Origin: Octopus sinensis
Taxonomy: Eukaryota
Direction of reading: 5' to 3'
Assembly: GCF_006345805.1 (NCBI RefSeq)
Contig: NC_043000.1
Coordinates: 67,642,001 to 67,706,000 of the forward strand
DNA: 64,000 nt
This document shows, piece by piece, positions 25,861-38,165 of this stretch. The position numbers and the translations under genes were made by a program. Position 1 is the stretch's first letter, and each line of letters opens with the position of its first letter. Below the pieces are notes generated by a model. The model worked only from the letters and a program-made list of their open reading frames with translations, made no database searches and was not told where the DNA came from.

Positions 25861-27078
25861 TAAGTTTTTATAATGTGACCAACTCATATTAAATAAAAAT
25901 ACTAAAAACATATTTTAGATTTTATTTAACATCTGGGAGGGAATTATATTCATAGATGCAAGGGGGCGCGGAAAGAAAGACAAATTCCTAGGGGAGGCGT
26001 GGTAGTAAAAAGGTTAAGAACCACTGTTCTAGAATATCGTCATAATATGTACATAATTTTCTTTAATTTTATCAATATTTTCAAGTCACTGTTACATGAC
26101 ACTATGTGGGAAGTTCTTGAACGTTACTGGTATCAGCTCTAATGCCTCTGCCAAAACAGCGACTTGGTAACCACATAAAAAAAAAACTTTACAATATGAG
26201 CATTGTTTCCTCGCAATAGGGGGAAAAATTGTAGGAAGCGGAAATTAGAAAATAGGTTTCATATTTGATCCCTGTTAAAATAAAATGTTTATTTGGAACA
26301 TTGTCAAAATAAATTTAATAACCTTCAAACTATATTAAATACAGCTCATAGCAGTAAAATATATTTAATAGTTTAGAATAAAATGTAATATGTTATAAAA
26401 TGTGCAATAAAAATTACCAGAGCCAATGAAAATATTTCTGACAATGAAGTAAGGAAGGTAATAGCAATTTTTGGAATATATGTAAAAAAGAGATGTGATA
26501 GTAATTTGCAACTGCCTCTGATTTCTTCTATGCGCGCATGCATGTACACTTGTATACATACACACATACACAAACAGACATACATGCATATATATATATA
26601 TATATATGCATACATGCGTACATACATGTATGTTGTGTGCATGTATACATACATACATAAATACATACATACATAAATACATACATACATACATACATAC
26701 ATACATACATACATACATACATACATACATAGATGCATGCATACATACATACATACTACATACATACATACATACATACATACATACATACATACATACA
26801 TACATACATACATACATACAAAATAGCCTGTTGTTGATGCTGAAATTCCAATGAAGGAATCTAAGTTAGAAACCGGCTCTTTCTCTTTTGGCAAGAAATC
26901 TTGAAATAAAACTGAACAATCTATCATGGATAAATGCAGGTAGAAAGGACTGACTATCAGCATCGATAGTAAAATATATACAATACACAACTGACCCGGA
27001 AATTTTCACTATAGTTGTAGGCAAACTGCATAATTGGAAGGTTCCTGGAAGAGGCTGACATTTTACAGAAAACCACTA

Positions 27079-27151
<73 letters not shown>

Positions 27152-27198
27152 AGAGTAAGCACATAAATGTGAAACAAGGTAGAAAAAAGAGTACTCAA

Positions 27199-27252
<54 letters not shown>

Positions 27253-27255
<3 letters not shown>

Positions 27256-27455
27256 CCAGTGGTTAGGGCAGCGGACTTGCGGTCAGAGGATCGCGGTTTC
27301 GATTCCCAGACTAGGCGTTGTGTGTGTTTATTGAGCGAAAACACCTAAAGCTCCACGAGGCTCCGGCAGGGGGTGGTGGCAACCCCTGTTGTACTCTTTC
27401 GCCCCAACACCATAGAAACCGGGAAACCGGACCCATGAGCCTGGCTTAGGCGCAT
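27253..27455 (+). mobile_element. tRNA-derived SINE, third family
   Basis: GGCCCAGTGGTTAGGGCAGCGGAC...GGTTTCGATTCCC tRNA-like head followed by a non-tRNA body. Confidence 0.7.
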
Positions 27456-27489
27456 AAATAAATAATATATATATATATAACCAATTCCT

Positions 27490-28440
27490 CCAGGAGAATT
27501 GTGAGACAAATAAAATAGTGACTGATGAGCATGCAGGTGGAAAGAAGAGAGTGCAGGGATATGCTGAAAACATTTGAGAAACAAAGCTGTATTGTCTGAA
27601 ATATGAAAACATCGTAGACGCTTTGTGACAGTTTGGCTTGATTATAAGAAAGCATTTGACGACTCTAGCCCTCATTCTGAAGTCTACATTTGGCAAAAGT
27701 ACCCACTTCCTTAGTTGCTACCATTGAGAAGCTCACAAAGATTAGGGCTACAATTCTCACACTTACAACTATGAGCAGAACGATCGTCTCCAATATAAAC
27801 ATTTCAAAGAAAATATTCCAAGGAAATAGTATTTTTGTAATTCGGCTCATTTTGGTATTACATCCATTATCATTCCTGCTGTAAAACCAAGTGACTATAT
27901 GCCAATGTCTGCAGCTACTAAAGTAACCCCTAGTTTCTTTGTGAAGTCCTAAAGATTTATGCTAAACATGTTAACAATGCTCCTAAACAGCTAGAGTTAA
28001 TAACATTTTTAGCTGACATAGGAATATATTTGGCCAACAGAGAAGTCTGTATTTGATTGTTGAACGTGACCAGATCCAAGACTTGAGTATTGACGGTCTC
28101 TCTGTCCCTCCTGTTCCGCACAAAGAATGCTGCAAAGACCTAGGCATTGAGAGCAACATATGTTTTCATGAAAGGGCTATAATTAACGATAAAGGGACTC
28201 GAGAACAATACACGAGAGTTTAAAAATATGCAGCCGGAACTCTCCTCTTACAACAAGACAATATCTCACAATGCATTTATAGTACCAGTGCAAATCCAAC
28301 ATTTGGGGTACTTGACTGGTCTGTACGGGAGATATATTCCATAGACGATAAAACCCGTAAGATCTAGACATAACTAACTTAGTTTTGGGAGTAGATGCCT
28401 AAGTGTCAATCTGGATAAGCTAGAATGTTTTCAAATAAAG
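27490..28440 (+). mobile_element. Decayed R4/Dong-type LINE RT fragment
   Basis: DEHAGGKK...INKAVLSE...WLDYKKAFD and IFQGNS motifs. Confidence 0.75.
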
Positions 28441-28659
28441 AAACCCAGCAGCTGATTCGCACATCACAATCTGTAAGTAGAACAGTAACTATATGCACAA
28501 GTTTTCTCAAATTTAAAGTGTGAATTTGCTGTTAACTACATTTCAACAATGGAATTTTGTATCTTTTTTAGAAACCAAAGCCTTCCTCAAAAATTTAAAA
28601 TAATTAAAAACGGAAGAGCGCATACATACATACATACATACATACATACATACATACAT

Positions 28660-29490
28660 ACATCTCTCTGCATTCAATAAAACAGTGGCCCACAATGTGT
28701 TTGCAGTGTCAGTAATCATACCAACATTTGGGCTACTTGATTGGACGCTTGGTGAGATCCGAGCCATTGACGTGAAAACCCGAAAAATACTAACAAGCAC
28801 ACATAATTTCCACATAAACTGTGACGTAGACCGCCTCTACATAAAACGTGAACAATGTGGCAGAGGGCTTAACATCGATCCAAAATGCCTTCGAATGTCT
28901 CATCATATCCCTTCAGCAACATCTTTTAAACACCAAGCGTCGAAGTGCATCCCTTGGCCAAGTTTGCGTACATGAGGCTAATGACATCATAAGACTTGGA
29001 AGGCAGCTCCTTGAGCAAAACTCTTTGTCTGATAACCTAGAATATATGCTCAAAGAAGTCGCGCGATTCTACTGCAACATATCAGATGAAAGGATGAGCC
29101 TATATGAGCAGAAGATTATGCGTGGATATGTTACTAGAAAGCTCCGTGATGATAGTAACATCGATAATCAAAGCAGTTTATCATGGACGAACAGCCGGAT
29201 CACTACCTCCCACTTTGAAAGGTATGCGTTTGCAATCCCGGAACAGGAAATATCAACCAAGTACCTGATGCACAAAATGGATAGAGAAGCAGGAAAAGCC
29301 GTAAAATGTGACAACCCATCCATACTTTGTGGAGCTCACACTGAAGATATCATCCACATCATAAGCAGTTGTCCGAAAATGTCATCACAGCATTATCTAC
29401 CGACAAGACATGACGTTGTAGCTAGGACACTAAACTGAAATCCGTCGAAAGGATAATCCCAAGAACAAAGAAATAAAAACCCACAAGTTA
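28660..29490 (+). mobile_element. R4/Dong-type LINE thumb + CCHC knuckle fragment
   Basis: HNVFAVSVIIPTFGLLDWT...KTRKILT...DVDRLYIKREQCGRGL; LCGAHTEDIIHIISSCPKM...RHDVVA. Confidence 0.85.
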
Positions 29491-29502
29491 GTGAGTGCTA
29501 CC

Positions 29503-29867
29503 ATAATCTTTGCCTTCAGTTCATCTTTGGTGTTACAAGGAGCTTTGCTGGTCTCTCACTCAACTGCGCCCCACACGTAATAACCAAAGGGGTTGCAGTT
29601 TGGGGTTTAGGTGGCCAGATGTTAAGGGTGATGTGGTCGCAGAAATTGTCTGACAGCCATGACTGAGTTCCCCTGCTTGTGTGGAACGGTGCAGAGTCCT
29701 GTTGCCAGACATAGGGTCTTTCAGCAGCCACTCTCTTGACCCATGGCAGCACTACCTCTTTCAGGTACTTGATATAGGCCTCCGTGTTGAGTCTGAGGCT
29801 GTGTGGGGAGATGAATGGAGGCATAACATTGCCATCACTAGGGATCACTCCAAACACCATGATGATG

Positions 29868-29870
<3 letters not shown>
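29503..29870 (-). mobile_element. DD37D (maT-like) Tc1/mariner transposase fragment
   Basis: MVFGVIPSDGNVMPP...VVLPWVKRVAAERPYVWQQDSAPFH...WLSDNF...WPP. Confidence 0.8.
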
Positions 29871-29946
<76 letters not shown>

Positions 29947-30351
29947 CGAAAGATAAGCGTAAAAGAATATATACTTATTCTTTTATTTTCACTAGTTTCG
30001 ATTATTGGACTGTGGTAAGGGGTTTTAGCCAGTTATATCAACCCCAATCTGTCTGTTTATCTGGTATTTAGTTGATCCGTTTATATTCATCAAATATTTG
30101 AATTTTGCTTTTTTGGGGTAAAGGAACTAATTTGACAGAACGTTTTACACCGATATATAAAATTGGAACATTTTCTATAAGACAATAGTAGAAATGCAAA
30201 CTATCTAGCAAGTTGGCTTTTTGAGCTAAGATGTTCCAGTACAGAAATGATCAACTCCAATGAAGTATTGAAAAGTCATCGATAACACAACTATGCAATA
30301 TTATTTGGCAAATGACCGAAATTAGATTTTCTATGAGGCAACTATTGTTAT

Positions 30352-30935
30352 TACATTCAATTCAATTCAATTCAATTTTTATTGGCTCAAAAGGCCATGT
30401 AGGGGGACAGGGAGTTATGTACAGGGAGGGTGGTCATACAAAGAGTTCATGCCATTTCTGGTCAAGAGAGACTTTGAACCGAGCGGTCGTCGGCATCTTC
30501 ACTATCTCGTCCGACAGCTTATTCCACGGATCCGCAACCTAGACGGAGAAAGCCCCTCTACCTTCGATTGAGATGAAATCGTCGTCGATAGAGCTATATG
30601 GAGTGACCCCACAGCCCACGCTCTGGAGCAGGAGTGAAGAACAGCTCTTTCGAGAGGTTACACTTTCCGCTTATGATGTTGTGAGCTAGAATGAGATCAC
30701 CACGGCGTCGTCGTTTTTCGAGAGAATAAAGGTCGAGCGTCTTCAGCCTTTCTTCATAAGACAAATGCTTGAGACCAAGAACCATGCGGGTAGCCGGCTT
30801 CTGGACTCTTGCGAGATGATGTATGTCTTTGAGGAGATAAGGAGAAGAGGCTTGAATCCCGTACTCCAAATATGGGTACTCCATGGGATTGGTATCTTAC
30901 TAACATATGTGTCTTGAGACAGAGACAACCAACAA
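30352..30935 (-). mobile_element. CR1 LINE 3' end with (TTGAA)n tail
   Basis: LEYG...SPYLLKDI..LARVQKPATRMV.GLKHLSYEERLKTLDLYSLEKRRRRGDLI; tail at 30352-30375. Confidence 0.9.
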
Positions 30936-31924
30936 CGCAGAATATTTTCACGTTTTCTCTGAAACTGTATAATTCTTCAAGGAAAAGAATTGAGATTGCT
31001 AGATTTTGGTAAATATAGGAGTAATTCTCTTTCCTAATTCTACTAGAATTCTATAATATTTTCTTGTGTATAACATCTTACGACTGTTGTTTACAGTCTG
31101 GAGAAAGCATTTAGCAAGAGATTTCTTTATTCAATAAAGACTCGAGTGAAGTTCCATAAACACTAAAATTATATCTCTTCGTAATTGTTCTTGTAGAAAA
31201 TGTATTTATACTCAGACTGTCATTGACCACCTTATTTTCACAGTCGTTGTTGGTATATAGGAGACACAGTTGATGTAGCAGCTTCACTAGAGAATCGGAA
31301 GATAAAAGCTACTCCTTCACTTATAAAGGGTCATTTATAAATAGCAGCTAATGACGTTATTAGTTAAAATCATATTAAACTCGCTCTTTCTTTCTTTCCC
31401 CCTCTCTCTCTCTCCACTTGGGTTACAAACATAGTTTAATGCTAAAATTCAGGCAGAGTAGTTTCTGTGGAAAACATTTTAGAAAATACATAGAGGACTT
31501 TGAAAGCTTCTAAGCCTGACTGGTGTATACTTTTATGAAAGGATAAGGTACAGAGCATTCCCATCTTCGTTTGATGCAAATATAGGGAAAGCGTCGTCAA
31601 AATACTGTCCAGAAGAGTGAATCACATCCCGCTTACATAGAAGTCCATAATATCTACGCAAATAGATGCTTTGTTTCCGGAAACTTGAAGCAGACAGAGA
31701 TGAACGACTAGTCTGAGATTCACTGTCATTCAAGTGGATGTCATGAAGACATAAGTAATTCTACAGATTCAGGCAGATATATGTGATGAAACATGATGAA
31801 ACCAACCAATACATTTGTGTAGTAAATCATAGGACTGTGAAGAATTTATATTCATTCTAAGTTGTATCAAAATATACATACGATTTCTCGTAACTATCGT
31901 CTCCTTAACCACAAAAAGCTGCGA

Positions 31925-34240
31925 AGATGCTTTCTTAATATAAAAGCATGTGGAATTATATTATTGGTTTCAAGTTTTGACATAAGCAGCAATTTAGGAG
32001 AAAGAGTAAGTCGGTTATGTCGACTCCAATGCTCAATAGGTACTTGTTTTATCGACCCCGAAAGGATGAAAGGCAAAGCCGGCCTCGGTGGAATTTGAAC
32101 TCAGAACGTGAAGGCAAGCGAAATTCCACTAGGTATATTGCCCGACGTGCTAACGATTCTGCTAGCCCGCTGCCTTATGTGAAATGATAATACGACACAA
32201 GGTCAGAAATTTCCGGAGAAGGATAGGTCGATTAGATCGACGCCGGGGCTCAGTTGGCATTTATTTTATCGACCTCGAAGGAATGAATGGCAAAGTCGAA
32301 CGTGGCGGAATTTGAACTCAGCATGTAAAGACGAAATGCCGCTAAGCATTTTGCCCTACGTACAAATACTTCCGCTAGCTCATTGCCTTATGTGGAATTA
32401 TAATATTGTAGCCAGAGTTTCTTCCTATAACATTAATAATCAACATTAATCACAAGCGTATTTGTGATTAATGATTGTATCCTATAAACTGTCTTCTTAA
32501 GGGAAAGAAGTACGGCTTACTGATTTCCGCACTAAATTACGTACATGTCTCCCCCACACAGTCTCTAGTGAAATAAAGATGAAAGACTATGAGCCTTTTG
32601 TATCTTTTGTGTTGATATTGTTTACATCTAGAACGGTAATGATTGAGCTGAATTTCGATCCTGAACGTTCCAGCCGCAATCATTTAGGCCTGTATTGACA
32701 TAGCGCTATTGTTAAGTTTTTCAGAATTGTACAGTCGTAGATTTGTCAGATTCTAAAGTCGAGATATAAAGATCTACTTAAAGGACTTTTAAATGTAGGT
32801 CTCTCTTCTATGACCGGCTAGATGAATCTTTGTATTAGATGGCCACTGAAAATTAAAATGGAAACAGTTCTTCAGTAGAAAGATAATCGGTACATTAGTG
32901 GTTATATGAGACACAATCATCATCTAAGCTGGGTAAGATAAATCATGATGAGACGATCTTATTTATTTTTTCAGATAGCATGTTTAGGACTGGTGGTATT
33001 CCTGTTTTTATGAGAGTATACGGTTTCTAAGACTATAGGAAGTTATATAACGGAAATGTAGGTACTGTTTCTAACTGATCGAGCGACGATAAATTCATGA
33101 GTGTATGTATATGAGTGTATGAACGTGTGTGTAACTATGTAAGTGTATAAATAGCTGAATGTTTAAAATATGTAAGCAATCTCATTAGAAGTGCAAAATT
33201 TCCAACCATAGCTTTATTGTTTTGCTTCCGGAAAACCCGCAGTAATCGGCTTGCTTTAATCGTTTAGTCACCCTGACAAAAATAGTCAGTTCTCGTTAAC
33301 AGTTGAGTGGTTAACCATATAAAAATGATGCAATATTAATATTTTTTCTCTTGCTTCTCAGTTTTTTTTATGTCCATAGTCAATTGAAGGAGACGCAAAT
33401 AGTTAATTGTCATTTGTTAACTTTCTGCCTATAAAAAATTTACTCTTCTTTTGTTAAGTCAAGAGAAAGAGCGTTGCCCATGACTTTTTAAAAGGCTTCG
33501 AAATTTAATGACAGGAAAGGATATAGTACCCTTAAACAAAAGATATGATTCCTATACTTCCATCAGAGGGAACTCCTCTGCTAAATGTGCCCGAAAGCTA
33601 AGTATAGTTTTAAACCGGGCGACGGATTGATATATCTTTTGGTTATGCATGCACATTTTATTAAGTTTTTATAATAAAACTACTTAAGATGACCCGCTCT
33701 ACGCGCGGGTAAGAGTGTGATTGTTATTTTCTGTTGCTTCCTTTCTGTTTTTTATCACCACATTCTCCCTCTTTGTTTCTCTCTCCTTACTCTCTCACTT
33801 TCCCACTCTCTTACACTTCCTTTCTCTCGGACTCTTCCTCGCTCTCTCTTACTCTCTATCTTTCTCTATCTATCTCTCTCCCATTTATAAACAACAAAAG
33901 ATCTTGTGTAAGTTGAGAACGAAAATATTTTGGAAGATCAATCCTAAATATCAGACAGTGACAACGGAAAGATCTTTTTAGCGTGATGTAACAGAGAATT
34001 CCTAAACACCCGCTCCTGTAAATTTTAATCCCTTCCAGCCCCATTTAGACCCCTTTTCATATTTTGGTTAATATAACCCGATTTCATTTGGGTCTACTCG
34101 GGCCACATTTTATAAGATGAGGAATTTTGTCCTAGAGGTCAAGCCTTTCATTTGAGGAAAAAATAGTTGCCATGCAAACTCGCCAGCACTTTTAACATAG
34201 GTGTGCATATTTTCAGCTCAACCGACCACATAATGCACAC

Positions 34241-34275
<35 letters not shown>

Positions 34276-34370
34276 GCATTAAAAATATATATATGTACAT
34301 ATATACGCATTATATATATATATGTGTGTGTGTGTATGTGTGTGTACGCATTATATATACAAATGTATAC

Positions 34371-34406
<36 letters not shown>

Positions 34407-36905
34407 TATATACACTTTGTATATACATATTTATATATAGATACAGGCACACACACACACACACATATAAAATAACCCAATAAGTATCTGATTCATAATA
34501 TTTGTTCTCATGATTGTGTGGTGGTTGTGGCGATAATAAAACTCTATGAATGCAGACAGACGTACAGAGAGAGAGAGAGAAAGTAAGAGGGAGGCGGTGA
34601 GGGAAAGAGTGACAGCGCTGGCGAAGGCGGCGGGGAAAGATAGTAGTATCTGTCAAACGTCCTTATAGAGAGAAAGTGATGGGAAGGGAGGAAACAGAGA
34701 GAAACAGAGGAAGACATGCAGATAAGAGAATAAGAGGAGACTTGTCAAAGTGTGCGTTTTTTGCTCTCAACCATGCTATTTCTTTATTACCCACCAGGGG
34801 CATTGCTCTCAACCATGCGTCTCCCTACTTAAACCTTCAATTTCATCTTTTCCCCTTAGTTTCCTCATTCTCACACAAAGAACAAGAGAAACAAATTGCT
34901 ATATATAGCAATCATCACAATTAAGCTTGTCCGTTCTACTGAACTTTCTCATTGGCTGAGTTTTCATTTTACTGGCGTGGATCAACATACTCAAAAAGAA
35001 AAAAAAACTCTAAGAAACCATTTGGAAATTATTAACATAATAAGAAATTATTAAGTTATGTAAAATGTTTAAATTCAGAAAGGAAGATGTTAATATAGAG
35101 GAGTAAAAATATTGAGATGTATGTATTTCCTACAAATTCATTATCATTAATGTTTAGTTAATGCCGAGATGCTTTCTTAATATAAAAGTATGTGGAATTA
35201 TATTATTGGTTTCATGTTTTGATACAAGCAGCAATTTAGGGGAAAGAGTAAGTCGGTTATGTCGACTTGTTTTATCGACTCCGAAAGGATGAAAGGCAAA
35301 GTCGGCCTCGGTGGAATTTGAACTCAGAACGTGAAGGCAAGCGAAATTTCACTAGGTATATTGCCCGACGTGCTAACGATTCTGCTAGCCCGCTGCCTTA
35401 TGTGAAATGATAATACGGCACAATGTCAGAAATTTCCGGAGAGGGATAGGTCGATTAGATCGATGCCGGTGCTCAGTTGGCATTTATTTTATCGACCTCG
35501 AAGGAATGAATGGCAAAGTCGAGCGACGATAAATGTATGCGTGTATGTATATGAGTGTATGAACGTGTGTGTAACGATGTGCCTGTAAGTGTATAAGTAG
35601 TTGAATGTTTAAAATATGTAAGCAATCTCATTAGAAGTGCAAAATTTCCAACCATAGCTTTATTGTTTTGCTTCCGGAAAATCCGCAGTAATCGGCTTGC
35701 TTTAATCGTTTAGTCACCCTGACAAAAATAGTCAGTTCTCGTTAACAGTTGAGTGGTTAACCATATAAAAATGATGCAATATTAATATTTTTACTCCTGC
35801 TTCTCAGTTTTTTTTATGTCCATAGTCAATTGAAGGAGACGCAAATAATTAATTGTCATTTGTTAATTTTCTGCCTATAAAAAATTTACTCTTCTTTTGT
35901 TAAGTCAAGAGAAAGAGCGTTGCCCATGACTTTTTAAAAGGCTTCCAAATTTGATGGTAGGAAAGGATATAGTACCCTTAAACAAAAGATCTGATTCCAA
36001 TACTTCCATCAGAGGGAACTCCTCTGCTAAATGTGCCCGAAAACTAAGTGTAGTTTTAAACCGGTCGACGGATTGATATATCTTTTGGTTATGCATGCAC
36101 CTTTTATTAATTTTTATAATAAAATACATAACGTAGCTTAAGTTATTGAGCATAACGAACGCTTGTGTATACATATGTTTGTAATTGTATACAGGTGTAA
36201 CTGTCTTTTTCAAAATTCAACCTTTTTCCGTTTTTGTCTGACCCACAGTACTTCATTTAATCTGTAATGGAAACAATACCAATATTGCAATTCCGTCAAC
36301 TATTGTTCATATCTTTCTTCCTTCCTGTACACTTCCATCCATTCTGCAATTCTTTAATCTGTCATCCTATGTATATATCTGTGTGGCTTCTTTCAACTGT
36401 TAGTACTACCCAATTCACTCTATTCCAACAAAACTCTTTCAACGAACTGTATCTCTATATTCATTTTTTTTGTTTTGTTTTTTTTGCTTTTTTCAGGAAA
36501 TGTACGCTCCACCTCTTTGGCTTCTCACTCTTTTCACATCATCTTTCTTACACTCAACCATGCGTCTCCCTACTTAAACCTTCAATTTCATCTTTTCCCC
36601 TTAGTTTCCTCATTCTCACACAAAGAACAAGAGAAACAACTTGCTATATATAGCAATTATCACAATTAAGCTTGTCCGTTCTACTGAACTTTCTCATTGG
36701 CTGAGTTTTCATTTTACTGGCGTGGATCAACATACTCAAAAAGAAAAAAAAACTCTAAGAAACCATTTGGAAATTATTACCATAATAAGAAATAATTAAG
36801 TTATGTAAAATGTTTAAATTCAGAAAAGAAAATGTTAATATAGAGGAGTAAAAATATTGAGATGTATGTATTTCCTAAAAATTCATTATCATTAATGTTT
36901 AGTTT
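31925..36905. repeat. Old diverged tandem duplication (unit 31925-35160, second unit 35165-36905 with internal deletion and replacement)
   Basis: 31925-32285 matches 35165-35520; 33085-33670 matches 35520-36125; 34806-35160 matches 36553-36905. Confidence 0.85.
32030..32390 (-). mobile_element. Two SINE family A fragments (duplicated at about 35225-35525)
   Basis: Reverse complement of the family A core. Confidence 0.75.
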
Positions 36906-37110
36906 AATTAAAATTCTGTCGATATAGAAGTGTAGCAAACTAAATTAATTGCGAAATATTTTCGAACTTATTTTTAAGAATTTGAATAGAGATGGGGTAT
37001 GTACATATAACTAAGTGCATACTCATATATGTATACATATATATTCATATATACATACATTCATACATATATTATATACATATATATTTATATCAAATAC
37101 GTGTATATAT

Positions 37111-37156
<46 letters not shown>

Positions 37157-37737
37157 ATATATGCATTCATACATACTTACATATATACATACATACTCAT
37201 GAACATTTTGTCTTGTGAACCTTTTCTCTTTTTTTTTTCTTTCTTTTGCTTTCAGTCTGTCGGTCTACTGCAATGTTCTTGTTACCTCTGTAGCGTTTGA
37301 CCAATTTAGCTTTTGGTGTGAGATGAACTGTATCCACAGGAAAATTAATTTACTCTGGCTTAATATTTAAGCTAGTTTTTTTTATATGAGTTTTGAATTA
37401 GGGATTGCTGTGGTAGGTCTAAATTAGGTACGGTAATATATAATTAGGTTGGGTAATATATAATTCAATGCTTTTCTATTGTCTCCTTTAATAAGAAATT
37501 GCATTTTTAGATGAGGTGTTTGGGTTAAATGAAAACGGACAGGGAGAAAATGAAATAAGGTGTCAATCAATTTATACCAGCGTAATTCCTGAATGGTCTA
37601 TATTTTATCGTTGGTGGTTTATTTAGCAACTGCACACGTAGAGATATTAATATTTCATTCATTTTGTCATATCATATCCTCAGTAGCAATATCTTAAAAT
37701 TTCATGTAAGTGTACTGATGTGAAAATGAGAATAGAG

Positions 37738-37915
37738 GTGCAGGCATGACTTCGTGGTAAGAAGCTTGCATCCCAACCACATGGTTTCGGGTTCAGTTTC
37801 ATTGTGTAGCATTGGGCAAGTGTTTTCTATTATAGTCTCGGGCCAACCAAAGCCTTGTGAGACGATTTATTAGACAGAAACTGAAAGAAAACCGTTGTGT
37901 GTGTGTCTGTGTGTG

Positions 37916-37947
<32 letters not shown>

Positions 37948-38165
37948 TGCGTGTGTCTTTGTGTCTGTGCTTGTCCCTCACCACAGCTTGACAACCGGTG
38001 CTGGTGTGTTTACATCCCCGTAACCAGTGGTTCGACAAAAGATATCGATAGAATAAGTACCAGGCAATTAAGTTCTGGTTTGGTTCCTTTAACAAAAAAT
38101 TCTTCAAAGTAGTGCCCCAGCATGGTCGCAGTCTAATGACTGAAACAAATAAAAGATAAAAGATA
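37738..38165 (+). mobile_element. SINE family B, full-length copy
   Basis: Homologous to 25451-25860. Confidence 0.85.

Noticed and set aside
26842-26883. CCAATGA...GAAACCGGCTC hammerhead-like relic
   Set aside because: Two core changes, no stem II in this copy and a broken triplet; may be a dead pLTR motif but is not supportable alone.
27253-27320. tRNA-like sequence
   Set aside because: Lacks a complete cloverleaf and continues into a SINE body; it is a SINE head, not a tRNA gene.
31240-31340. Peptide RCWYIGDTVDVAASLE resembling the nucleotide-cyclase GDTVNxAxRxE motif
   Set aside because: Catalytic N and R are absent, there is no good donor site and no other cyclase exons; probably chance.
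32444-32473. Perfect 12-bp hairpin (cattaatcacaa/ttgtgattaatg)
   Set aside because: AT-rich single occurrence with no context suggesting function.
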